DNA of 58,963 nucleotides, counting the filler. It is 4 parts of 4 records of this genome, joined end to end, with 100 filler letters (N's around TTAATTAATTAA, not from the genome) between each part and the next. Parts side by side here need not be neighbours in the genome. Positions count along the whole stretch, not along the records: positions 11,918 to 31,278 come from DRR378314_1674; positions 31,379 to 49,561 come from DRR378314_1677; 2 more parts are not named here. One strand, given 5' to 3'. The position numbers were made by a program, and so were the translations under genes. The notes under the pieces were generated by a model. The model did not search any database, was not told where the DNA came from, and worked only from the letters and a program-made list of their open reading frames with translations. Below are positions 23,486-31,621 of this stretch, piece by piece; position 1 is the first letter of the stretch; every line of letters begins with the position of its first letter.

Positions 23486-25038
23486 GCAGCGTCTCCGGCG
23501 AAGCTCTGGACCGTGGCCAGCGCGCCCTCCAGTTGCGCCCCGGACTCATCGGCCAAGGCGGCAGTGCGCAGTCGTCGCATCCAGTCCGCTGCGTCGGGCC
23601 GTCCCTGCAGAATGGGCAGCGCCTGCATGATGCGGGCGAATTTCGAATGGCCGCGCACATGTGTGTCTGAGTAGCCCTTGATCAGCCGGTAGTTGGCCAA
23701 AAGCTCCGTCGCCAGAGCACGGTCACGTTGGGCCACATCTGTCACCGTGGCAAACCACTGGTCGATATGGGCCATCTCTGTTTCATGCCGCAGCAAAGAC
23801 CGGCGCCAGGGCCGCAGCGCCGACACCGCCCAGAGCATCAGGAACCCACGCAGCCGGTCGGTTCGGATCCGGCGCCCCTTGTCTAGATAGCGCGCGTAGA
23901 AAGCTTCGAGACGGGATGAATTGCGCAGCCGTTTGCCAAGCCAGCCGGGCAGTGTCGTGGTGAATTCTTCAAAGCGCGGATGGAAATACTCGGTCACCAT
24001 CAACACCTGGTCATCACCCACCACGACCTCGTCGCGCACACGGGTCATCCGGCTGGCGCGAGTTTTGATGTCAGCGACGCGCAGAATGTCATCGTAGCAC
24101 AGCGCGCGGGCGCAGTATTTCGCCCCTGCAATGGTCATCTCGAACGGAGCGCTGTCCGTCACGGCCAGAGTTTCGACCATGTCCATATACTGCTCGCCGT
24201 AGGCAAGGTCCTGATAATCCACGACTTTGGTCAGCCCCAACCCTGTCATCTCTTGGGCCGCGGCGGGCAAGGCATTAAGGCGCGATTGCAATTGCGCCCA
24301 TTTGTCCTGATGGCGGGATGGCACATGCAGCGTTTCGATCTGCTTCGTTACCGCTTCGGGCTGTGGCGGTTGCTGTTTACCCGTGGCGCAGTCAAACGCA
24401 TCATTGAAAGCCCGCAGCGAGGCCTCGACGCCACGGCCTGAGGCGCGGATCACGTCCTCATAGCTCTCCTTGGGAAAGGGCAGGGCGCCAGATCCGGCCA
24501 GCCCGCCCAGCAGCGAGGACGAGATCATCGACCCGGCAGATTTTGCAAGCGCCTCCATGTCGAAGGCCACCGTATGATCGGCGGCAATGCCCATGGCTTC
24601 GATCACCTTTTGACCATCGGCACGCCCATCTCCGGGAACCGTTTTTTCCGCAACCGCAGGAATGCGATGGGTCGAAGCGATCAGGGTGGTGCGCCCCGGC
24701 GTCACAAAGCCACGCATGATCGCGCGGCCCCCTTCCATCAGTTCGGATGCGATCAGGATGTCGACGTCCCCTTCGGCGGGCGACAGGGCAAAGACCGGCA
24801 TACGGCCGGTGTCGCGACACATTTCGACATAGTAGATCGTGGCCCCCGTGCGCTGGGCCACACCGGCGACCGAGGTGGATTGCGCACGATAGCCATTGGC
24901 CTCGGCGACGGCGGTGATCCAGTTGGTCAGGACGCCACCGCCCTGGCCCCCAACGGCAAGTGCGGCCAGCGTGATGATCTTTTCACCTTCTGCGCTGGGC
25001 GAACGGCGGGCGGCAATCGAGGTGTTTTGAATGTTCAT
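23482..25038 (-). CDS. iorB: Indolepyruvate:ferredoxin oxidoreductase-family beta subunit (long form)
   Basis: AVGGQGGGVL, TSVAGVAQRTGAT, C-terminal extension RLIKGYSDTHVRG; start MNIQN with AAGGA RBS. Confidence 0.88.
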   Translation of the reverse strand: MNIQNTSIAARRSPSAEGEKIITLAALAVGGQGGGVLTNWITAVAEANGYRAQSTSVAGVAQRTGATIYYVEMCRDTGRMPVFALSPAEGDVDILIASELMEGGRAIMRGFVTPGRTTLIASTHRIPAVAEKTVPGDGRADGQKVIEAMGIAADHTVAFDMEALAKSAGSMISSSLLGGLAGSGALPFPKESYEDVIRASGRGVEASLRAFNDAFDCATGKQQPPQPEAVTKQIETLHVPSRHQDKWAQLQSRLNALPAAAQEMTGLGLTKVVDYQDLAYGEQYMDMVETLAVTDSAPFEMTIAGAKYCARALCYDDILRVADIKTRASRMTRVRDEVVVGDDQVLMVTEYFHPRFEEFTTTLPGWLGKRLRNSSRLEAFYARYLDKGRRIRTDRLRGFLMLWAVSALRPWRRSLLRHETEMAHIDQWFATVTDVAQRDRALATELLANYRLIKGYSDTHVRGHSKFARIMQALPILQGRPDAADWMRRLRTAALADESGAQLEGALATVQSFAGDAA

Positions 25039-25051
25039 GTCGTCAATTCCT

Positions 25052-27196
25052 TCAGGCGAAAACCACGCGTTTCGCGTCACGCCTGCGTTGTAGCCAATCG
25101 ATAATCTTCTGGGTCCTGCGCGCCTTGCGGCCTTCGCGCGGGGTGGGGTTTGATACGATATCGGCCTGATAGAAACTCGGGCAGAGCACGGCGGCATCGG
25201 CGACCTCGCCGCAATTGCCGCATCCGACGCAGGTCTGGTCGATGGCTGCGACCGGATCATCGCGCAGCGGATCGCCGGTATCCTTGACCGACAGGGACGG
25301 GCAGCCCGAAAGCCGCATGCAGGCGTGATCGCCGGTGCAGATGTCCTCATCGACGCCGAAACGTGGCCGCACGGTGCGCTTGCCTTCCTTGGTGGCCTTG
25401 GCCAGCAGTGGTTTCTCCCGGCGCTGTCGGTTCAGCATGCATTCTGAGGAGGCGACGATGACCTTCGGGCCTGCAACCTGTGTTGTCAGCGCCTCTTTCA
25501 GCGTGTCGCGGACCTTGGTGACGTCATAGGTTCTGTCGATCTGGCGGATCCATTTGACGCCCATGCCCTGGCAGGCCTCGACGATGGAGTTCTGCGTCTG
25601 CTTGGTCTTGTTGTCTGCGCGGGATGACAGAATGTCCTGCCCGCCGGTCGCCGCCGCATAAAAATTGTCGACGATCACGATCACATTGTCGGACTTGTTG
25701 AAGACGGCATTGCCCACCGACGACGTCAGACCATTGTGCCAGAACCCGCCATCCCCGACGAAAGAGATCGAGCGGCGGCCATGCGGGTCTTCGTTGTGAA
25801 ACGCCGCAGCCGAGGCCGGACCCAGACCATACCCCATCGTTGTTGCGCCAAGATCGAAGGGCGGCATGATCGAAAACAGATGGCAGCCGATGTCCGATGA
25901 AATGTGGTGCTCACCCAGTTCTTGCTCGACCAGTTTTGTCGCTGCAAAGATCGGCCGCTCCGGGCAGCCGGTGCAGAACCCGGGCGGGCGTGCCGGCAGA
26001 ACGTCGGACAGATCCGGGATCGGCGCCGGTGCTTCATTCTTGGTGACCGCGGCGGCTGGCATCAGGCCCGGCGCATATGCCGTCAGAAACTCCCCAAGCC
26101 CGTGCAGCATCACCTGTCCGGTATATTCGCCCCCCATCGGCAGCATGCCCTTGCCCTCAAGCGTGACGCGCTTGCCGGCCTTGTAGAGCATATGCCCGAT
26201 CTGCTGTTCGATGTAGTTGGGCTGGCCCTCCTCGACGATCAGAACGGCCTCCTTGTCCTCGCAAAAGTCGAGGATCTGGCTTTCGACCAGCGGGTAGACA
26301 CAGTTGAGGCAGAGAATATCAAGATCGGTATCGCCATAAAGATCGGCAAGCCCAAGACGGTTCAGCGCGCGGATCACCGTGTTGTAGGTCCCGCCCTGAA
26401 TGATCAGACCGACCTTTCCAGATGGCTGCCCGAACCGCTCGTTCAGGCCGCGTTCCAGAATGAAGCGTTCAGCCGCGGGTTTGCGTTTGGTCAGCTTCTC
26501 CGCCTCATGGAGATAGGTGGCAGGGGGCAGGACGATCCGCTCAAGATCCCGGCGGGGGCTTTCCAGAGCCTGGCTCACTGTCATGTCGGGGCGGCGATTG
26601 TCGGAGGCGGCGAAAGAGCCGTGCACATGGCAGGAGCGGATGCCCATCTGCAGCATAACCGGCGTGTTGCTGGCCTCCGACAGCTCAAAACCATCCCCAA
26701 CTGCGGCGACGATCGAGGGCAGGTTGGGGCGCGGGTCCAGCATCCAGACCTGGCTTTTCATGGCAAAGGCATAGGTGCGCTCCTGCATGATCGAAGAGCC
26801 TTCGCCGTAGTCTTCGCCGACGATGATGAGCGCGCCGCCGGTTACGCCGCCCGAGGCCAGATTGGACAGCGCATCGGAGGCGACATTGGTCCCGACAACG
26901 GATTTATAGGTGACCGCTCCGCGGATGGGGTAATGAACGGATGCCGCCAGCATCGCCGTTGCGGTGGCCTCGCTTGCGGAGGCTTCAAACCGGACGCCCA
27001 GCTCTCCGAGGATCTCCTGCGCATCTGCAAGAACATCCATCAGATGCGAAATCGGCGAGCCCTGATAGCCCCCGACATATCCAACGCCATTTTCCAGCAG
27101 CGCCTTGGTGATGGCGAGGATCCCTTCGCCCGAGAAGGTCTCTCCATCTCCCTGTTTCAGTTTTTGGACTTCCTTGGCAAAGGAACGTTCAGCCAT
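25052..27196 (-). CDS. iorA: Indolepyruvate:ferredoxin oxidoreductase-family alpha subunit
   Basis: GYQGSPIS, PPGFCTGCPERP, SDIGCH, TPP motif GDGGFWHNG, two C-terminal 4Fe-4S motifs (CTGDHAC..GCP, CVGCGNC..CP); start MAERSF with AAGGAG RBS. Confidence 0.92.
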   Translation of the reverse strand: MAERSFAKEVQKLKQGDGETFSGEGILAITKALLENGVGYVGGYQGSPISHLMDVLADAQEILGELGVRFEASASEATATAMLAASVHYPIRGAVTYKSVVGTNVASDALSNLASGGVTGGALIIVGEDYGEGSSIMQERTYAFAMKSQVWMLDPRPNLPSIVAAVGDGFELSEASNTPVMLQMGIRSCHVHGSFAASDNRRPDMTVSQALESPRRDLERIVLPPATYLHEAEKLTKRKPAAERFILERGLNERFGQPSGKVGLIIQGGTYNTVIRALNRLGLADLYGDTDLDILCLNCVYPLVESQILDFCEDKEAVLIVEEGQPNYIEQQIGHMLYKAGKRVTLEGKGMLPMGGEYTGQVMLHGLGEFLTAYAPGLMPAAAVTKNEAPAPIPDLSDVLPARPPGFCTGCPERPIFAATKLVEQELGEHHISSDIGCHLFSIMPPFDLGATTMGYGLGPASAAAFHNEDPHGRRSISFVGDGGFWHNGLTSSVGNAVFNKSDNVIVIVDNFYAAATGGQDILSSRADNKTKQTQNSIVEACQGMGVKWIRQIDRTYDVTKVRDTLKEALTTQVAGPKVIVASSECMLNRQRREKPLLAKATKEGKRTVRPRFGVDEDICTGDHACMRLSGCPSLSVKDTGDPLRDDPVAAIDQTCVGCGNCGEVADAAVLCPSFYQADIVSNPTPREGRKARRTQKIIDWLQRRRDAKRVVFA

Positions 27197-27340
27197 GGGT
27201 GGTCTCCTTGGGTCGTACCGACCGACATCTGAAGGGGACGACGCGCTGTCGCAGTGCCTCCATGTCGGAAAACTTGGCCACATGCGCGATGCAGGTGGCA
27301 TGGATCCGCCCCTTATGGGGACAGGGCCGCGGGGGGCCTT

Positions 27341-27787
27341 TTAAAAATCGTGCTGGCGGATGTTGTAGAACACGCGCAGCAGCAGATCGTTCATCATCTT
27401 TCTGTCGTCTGGGGAGAGCGCGGACAGCATGACCTCCTGCATCTGCAGCATGGCCGGCCAGGCGGTTTCGTGGACGTGCCGCCCCGTGTCTGTCAGCTGG
27501 ATGTGGCGGATGCGGCTGTCTTTGCTGTCGGCCTCGCGCCGGATCAGCCCGGCTGTTTCCATCGTGTCCAGCGTGCGTGATAGCGTTGATTGCTTGATCA
27601 CCGTCAGCACGGAGAGTGTATTGATGGTGCAGGGGCCGCTCTCGGTCAGCACCGCCAGCGCGCGCATCTGCGCCACCGTGATCCCAACCTCCTTCAGGGC
27701 CTCTTCAACACCCTTGTTGTAGCGCGCCATGATGCGGTTCATCAGATAGGGGGTGAACTCCTCCAGATGATCGGGGCCGGTGGTCAT
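27341..27787 (-). CDS. MarR-family transcriptional regulator
   Basis: PYLMNRIMARYN, KQSTLSRTLDTME..GLIRR, DSRIRHIQLTDTG; ATGA overlap with the upstream gene's stop. Confidence 0.92.
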   Translation of the reverse strand: MTTGPDHLEEFTPYLMNRIMARYNKGVEEALKEVGITVAQMRALAVLTESGPCTINTLSVLTVIKQSTLSRTLDTMETAGLIRREADSKDSRIRHIQLTDTGRHVHETAWPAMLQMQEVMLSALSPDDRKMMNDLLLRVFYNIRQHDF

Positions 27788-29355
27788 GCGCCAAGCTCCT
27801 TCGCCACGAGATAGCCCGAGCCACCTGACAGACCGGGGCCCGGATGGGTCGAGGCCCCGATGTGATAGAGGCCCTTTACCCCGGTGGTGTGCCGTTTGCT
27901 GTCCGTAAATGGGCGCCAGAGAAAGAACTGCTCCAGCGAGCAGGCGCCGCCATAGGGGTCGCCGCCCACAAGGTTGGCATTCATGCCAGCCAGATCTGCA
28001 GGTGATATGGCTCGTCGTGTCACGACCTTGGAGGCAAAGCCATCGATATGGCTGGCCAGGATTTGCTCGACACGGTCTGCAAATGCCTCGCGCAGCTCCA
28101 GCGTCCAGCTGCCGTCCTCGGGAACGGAGATTTCGCCCTTGGCATCGCCTTTGACGTGACGCGGGGCCTCTGGCATCTGCAGCCAAAGAACGGATTTTCC
28201 GTCCGGCGCGCGTGTCGGGTCTGCGGCACAGGGTTGGCCGACGCAGATTGTCGGCACCTCCGGCAGCAGCCCGCGCTCTGCCTCATTCCCGGCCTTGGAG
28301 ACCCCGTCCAATCCCGGTGTCAGATGCAACAGCTGCACGGTCTCAACACCCGGCGTGCGCCAGGTCACCGGCCCATCGAGGACGTAGTGCAGCTGGAAGT
28401 TTCCCTTGCCGTAACGATAGCGGCGCAGGTCATCCGCTTTGCTCTCTGTTTCCAGCAGCGTGCCGTAGAGCTGATGCGGCGTGACCGAGGCCAGTACGGA
28501 GGGCGCGGCGATATACTCCGCGTCAGCGAGGGTAACGCCGGTGACCGCCCCGCCGGCCTGTTCAATCCGGCTGACGTCGGCGTTGGTGCGCACCGTCCCG
28601 CCGTGTTCCTCGATGATCGCGCACAGGCCCTGCACCATGGACGCGATGCCGCCCTTGGCGATCGGCGCACCGGCGGCTTCGAGGGCAAAACCGATGATCT
28701 GTCCCATCTGCCCGGAAAAGGCAGCTTCCGGCCCGAGACCCGCATGCAGGCACCACGGCGCCCAGAGCGCCTGAGACAGTTCGGACTGGAATGAGGTTTC
28801 CAGCCAGCCCCGCATCGAGGTCAGCGATTCCCCCATGGTCGCGGCAAGCCCGTGGGGGCCACGTTTCCAGGCCTCCTTGCCGAGCAGCTTGGCAGTCGCG
28901 CGGGACCATGGATCGCCGCCCATCAGTCCGAACAGCAGATCAGCCTTGCCGCCGAACGCGTCCAGATCGGCAGAAAGCTGGTCGCCATCGCCCGCCGCTG
29001 CCGCGTTGAAGGCCGCAACATTGGCGGCACGATCCATCTGGTAGACCAGCGCCTGACCGTCGGGCAGGAGCACGCCAGTGGGCGTCTGGGTGGCGCAGAA
29101 TTCGACGCCGTGACGGGTCAGGTCGTCGCCAAGGGCGGCATGGGCAGCTCCGGTCACCCACAGGACCAATGTGGTCGCCAAAGGGTCATGGAGCACCCCG
29201 TCGCCAAGCGGTTCGGTGCGCATGCAGCCACCTGCCACGGATTCACGTTCCAACAGCACCACGCGCTTTCCCGCCTTGGCCAGCAGGGCGCCGGAGGTCA
29301 GCGCGTTGATGCCTGAACCTATGATGGCAACGTCGAATTCGGTGGCAGATGACAT
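27784..29355 (-). CDS. Phytoene-desaturase-family (COG1233) FAD oxidoreductase, copy 1
   Basis: IIGSGINAL dinucleotide fold; C-terminal TGVKGLYHIGASTHPGPGLSGGSG; clear paralogue of 21944-23485. Confidence 0.88.
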   Translation of the reverse strand: MSSATEFDVAIIGSGINALTSGALLAKAGKRVVLLERESVAGGCMRTEPLGDGVLHDPLATTLVLWVTGAAHAALGDDLTRHGVEFCATQTPTGVLLPDGQALVYQMDRAANVAAFNAAAAGDGDQLSADLDAFGGKADLLFGLMGGDPWSRATAKLLGKEAWKRGPHGLAATMGESLTSMRGWLETSFQSELSQALWAPWCLHAGLGPEAAFSGQMGQIIGFALEAAGAPIAKGGIASMVQGLCAIIEEHGGTVRTNADVSRIEQAGGAVTGVTLADAEYIAAPSVLASVTPHQLYGTLLETESKADDLRRYRYGKGNFQLHYVLDGPVTWRTPGVETVQLLHLTPGLDGVSKAGNEAERGLLPEVPTICVGQPCAADPTRAPDGKSVLWLQMPEAPRHVKGDAKGEISVPEDGSWTLELREAFADRVEQILASHIDGFASKVVTRRAISPADLAGMNANLVGGDPYGGACSLEQFFLWRPFTDSKRHTTGVKGLYHIGASTHPGPGLSGGSGYLVAKELGA

Positions 29356-29359
29356 AGCT

Positions 29360-30151
29360 TTAGGCCCCTGGAACCAGTGCGAGAACGCGCACCGGAGATC
29401 CTGTTCCGTTGACGATCTTCAGCGGCGCAGTGACCACGATCGCGCCTTTGGCGGGCAGCTCCTTGAGATTGGTCAGCGAGGCCAGACCATAGCGGTTTGC
29501 CTTGTGCAGTAGGTTATGGGCCGGGAAAGGCAGTTCAAAACTGGCCGCGAGTCCGGCGTCGGTCCCAATGCACTGAGACCCCCAACCAAGCGCATTTTTC
29601 TCCATCAGGTATTCGATGCAGTCTGCCGAGGGGCCGGGGGTGTGAGGGCCGTTCTCATCGGTGTTGAGAAACTTGTCCTCGTCGTGGTTGTACTGATCCC
29701 AGTCGGTGCGCATCAGGACCCATTCGCCGGCCTTGATCTCTCCGTGCTCGGCTTCCCAGTCCTGCACGCCCTGTTTGGTCAGCAGGAAATCATTGTCTTC
29801 GGCGGCCTGCGCCGAACAGTCGATGACATTTGCAGGGGCCATGAATTTTTGCGGATCGATCGTGTCCACGGACCCATCTGGATAGTCCTTGCCGGTGACC
29901 CAGTGGTGCGGCGCATCGTAATGCGTGCCCGAATGCTCACCAAGCTTGAGCCAGTTCCAGGCCCAGAACGGACCACGGTCGCCGTATCTCGAAATCTGAT
30001 GAATTTCGATCTGGGGCGTGTCGTCTGCGATCTCGGGCGGTAGCTTCAAAAGCGGGGTGTCCGGTCCCAACGGGGCGGAGCAATCGACGACCCTGATCCC
30101 CCCATCCAGAAGTCCCGAGGCAAGTGCGGCAAGCGTGTCTGTTTGGTTCAT
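29360..30151 (-). CDS. Cyclase-family metallohydrolase, isatin hydrolase-like
   Basis: Metal motif EHSGTHYDAPHHW (HxGTHxDxPxH). GPFWAWNW, GWGSQCIGTDAG, FPAHNLLH and GTGSPVRVLAL closely match my recollection of Labrenzia aggregata isatin hydrolase. Start MNQTD with GAGG RBS. Confidence 0.85.
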   Translation of the reverse strand: MNQTDTLAALASGLLDGGIRVVDCSAPLGPDTPLLKLPPEIADDTPQIEIHQISRYGDRGPFWAWNWLKLGEHSGTHYDAPHHWVTGKDYPDGSVDTIDPQKFMAPANVIDCSAQAAEDNDFLLTKQGVQDWEAEHGEIKAGEWVLMRTDWDQYNHDEDKFLNTDENGPHTPGPSADCIEYLMEKNALGWGSQCIGTDAGLAASFELPFPAHNLLHKANRYGLASLTNLKELPAKGAIVVTAPLKIVNGTGSPVRVLALVPGA

Positions 30152-30185
30152 TGACCTCATCCCTGTTGTTGTTCTCGCTTGGTAT

Positions 30186-30243
30186 ATATGCAGGTGGATA
30201 TTTCTCATTGTTTCAAGTATAAAGTTTCTATTCGCAGCGAATA
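30186..30243. promoter_or_regulatory. Operator-like palindromes upstream of the catabolic operon
   Basis: ATATGCA-gg-TGGATAT (30186-30201), TTTCAAGTATAAAG (30211-30224) and the perfect 7-1-7 palindrome TATTCGC-a-GCGAATA (30229-30243), in an AT-rich patch. Confidence 0.5.
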
Positions 30244-30505
30244 TTTTTCTGGACGCTGGTTTTTGGGCGAATTTTCAGGGGCTTTGTCGGGAGGGTGCCT
30301 GTTTTCTCTGCGCTGCAGCATCGACGAGCAGGCGTCGAGGCGTCGCGAATCCCACCGCGTCGGCATCTCGCACGGGCCCGCAGCGCGCCGAAATGCAGAT
30401 TTTTACTTTAGGTTCGAAGTAATTCAGTTAGAGCCAGATCCGCAGGTAAGCACACATGCCCGAGGCACGACCGGTTGTTCCTGCGTGTAATGCAAGGAGA
30501 CTGTT

Positions 30506-30570
30506 CATCTCGTCTGAGTGCAGAGATCATCCGCATCTCTGCATCTCCGCCTGTCTGATATGACGAGATG
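30506..30570 (-). terminator. Nested stem-loop immediately 3' of marR
   Basis: CATCTCGTC (30506-30514) pairs with GACGAGATG (30562-30570); TGCAGAGAT (30519-30527) pairs with ATCTCTGCA (30535-30543). No U-tract. Confidence 0.4.
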
Positions 30571-31047
30571 TCAGGTGCCGGACGATCTGTCAGGCTTTTG
30601 TCGGATATCCAGCATCACGGATATCGCCCGTGCAACATCCGGCTCTGAGACATTTGACATCAGGGAGTCGATCCAGGCTAGGTGTTCGCGCACCATCTGA
30701 TCCATCTTCTCGCGGCCCTCCGATGTGACGGAAACGACAAATGCTCGGCGGTCGTGCGGCGAGGGGGCCCGTTGCACCAGACCATCCTTGGCAAGCCGAT
30801 CCACAACACCAGTCACATTGCCGTTGGAGACCACTAGGTGCTGGGACAACTCGCTCATCTTCATGCCGTCAGGTGCGGCATGGAGGGCGGCCAGAACGTC
30901 AAACCGGGACAGGGTCATGTTGTGCCCCTCGCGCAGTCGTTCGCGCAGGACACCTTCGACGTGGCGCACTGATTTCAACATCTGCAGCCACAGTCTCAGC
31001 CGCTGACGGGCCATCGGTTCGTCTTCGAACAGAAGCTCCTCGGCCAT
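30571..31047 (-). CDS. MarR-family transcriptional regulator (RLRLWL.. subfamily)
   Basis: RLRLWLQML, TLSRFDVLAAL, MSELSQHLVVSNGNVTGVVDRL, DRRAFVVSVT; start MAEEL with GGAG/GAGG RBS (upstream ATG at 31098 also possible). Confidence 0.92.
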   Translation of the reverse strand: MAEELLFEDEPMARQRLRLWLQMLKSVRHVEGVLRERLREGHNMTLSRFDVLAALHAAPDGMKMSELSQHLVVSNGNVTGVVDRLAKDGLVQRAPSPHDRRAFVVSVTSEGREKMDQMVREHLAWIDSLMSNVSEPDVARAISVMLDIRQKPDRSSGT

Positions 31048-31220
31048 CCTCGGCTCCATTTCTGCTGGTTCGGCTTTCTCTACAGGCCCGACCTCCATGA
31101 TGGCAAGCCGATCTGGCGCTTGTCGGCCAGATGCCTGCCTTGCAAGGGAAGCATAGCGACCCGCCCGCAGCCCATTGTGCTGTCGAAACAGGCGTCAACT
31201 ACAGCGCCCTCATGGCCCTT

Positions 31221-31278
31221 CTAGCAGGACGCTGAAATAGTCCCTGATCCGGAACGCTGTCCCGTCATCAGGGCCGGG
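31221..31278. mobile_element. Probable IS end (IS5/IS1182-like inverted repeat) at contig edge
   Basis: CTAG|CAGGACGCTGAAATAGTCC resembles the CAGG-TGCTGAAAAA-type termini of CTAG-targeting IS elements; the contig breaks about 50 bp later. Confidence 0.5.
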
Positions 31279-31378
31279 NNNNNNNNNNNNNNNNNNNNNN
31301 NNNNNNNNNNNNNNNNNNNNNNTTAATTAATTAANNNNNNNNNNNNNNNNNNNNNNNNNNNNNNNNNNNNNNNNNNNN
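31279..31378. other. Artificial contig linker
   Basis: 44N-TTAATTAATTAA-44N. Confidence 0.97.
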
Positions 31379-31402
31379 CTCTCTCTCTCTCTCTCTCTCT
31401 CT
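31379..31402 (+). repeat. (CT)12 microsatellite at contig start
   Basis: Dinucleotide run adjoining the gap. Confidence 0.95.
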
Positions 31403-31621
31403 GTGGCATTGTTGCGGAATGCTTGACATCTTGTCCTATGTTGTGCGTAATTCATACTTTACGCACGGTATGCGTTGATCGAAATTTCTTTTCTACACGT
31501 GCTTTTTACAGCAACGCTCGTTTTGGCTCTTGCGCTCGTTGCCGGCTGCGCGGTTCGTCTAGCAAGCCCGGGCCGCTTACAATGCGTGTGTCGCGTTTCC
31601 TGCTCAATGATTCCTGTCAAG

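Noticed and set aside
21944-29355. Carotenoid biosynthesis cluster
   Set aside because: No phytoene synthase, GGPP synthase or lycopene cyclase. The 'cyclase' is a metallohydrolase and the context is catabolic.
11918-31278. Bacteria-to-eukaryote horizontal transfer
   Set aside because: No real junction, no introns, and intact SD sites and operon structure; contamination is more parsimonious.
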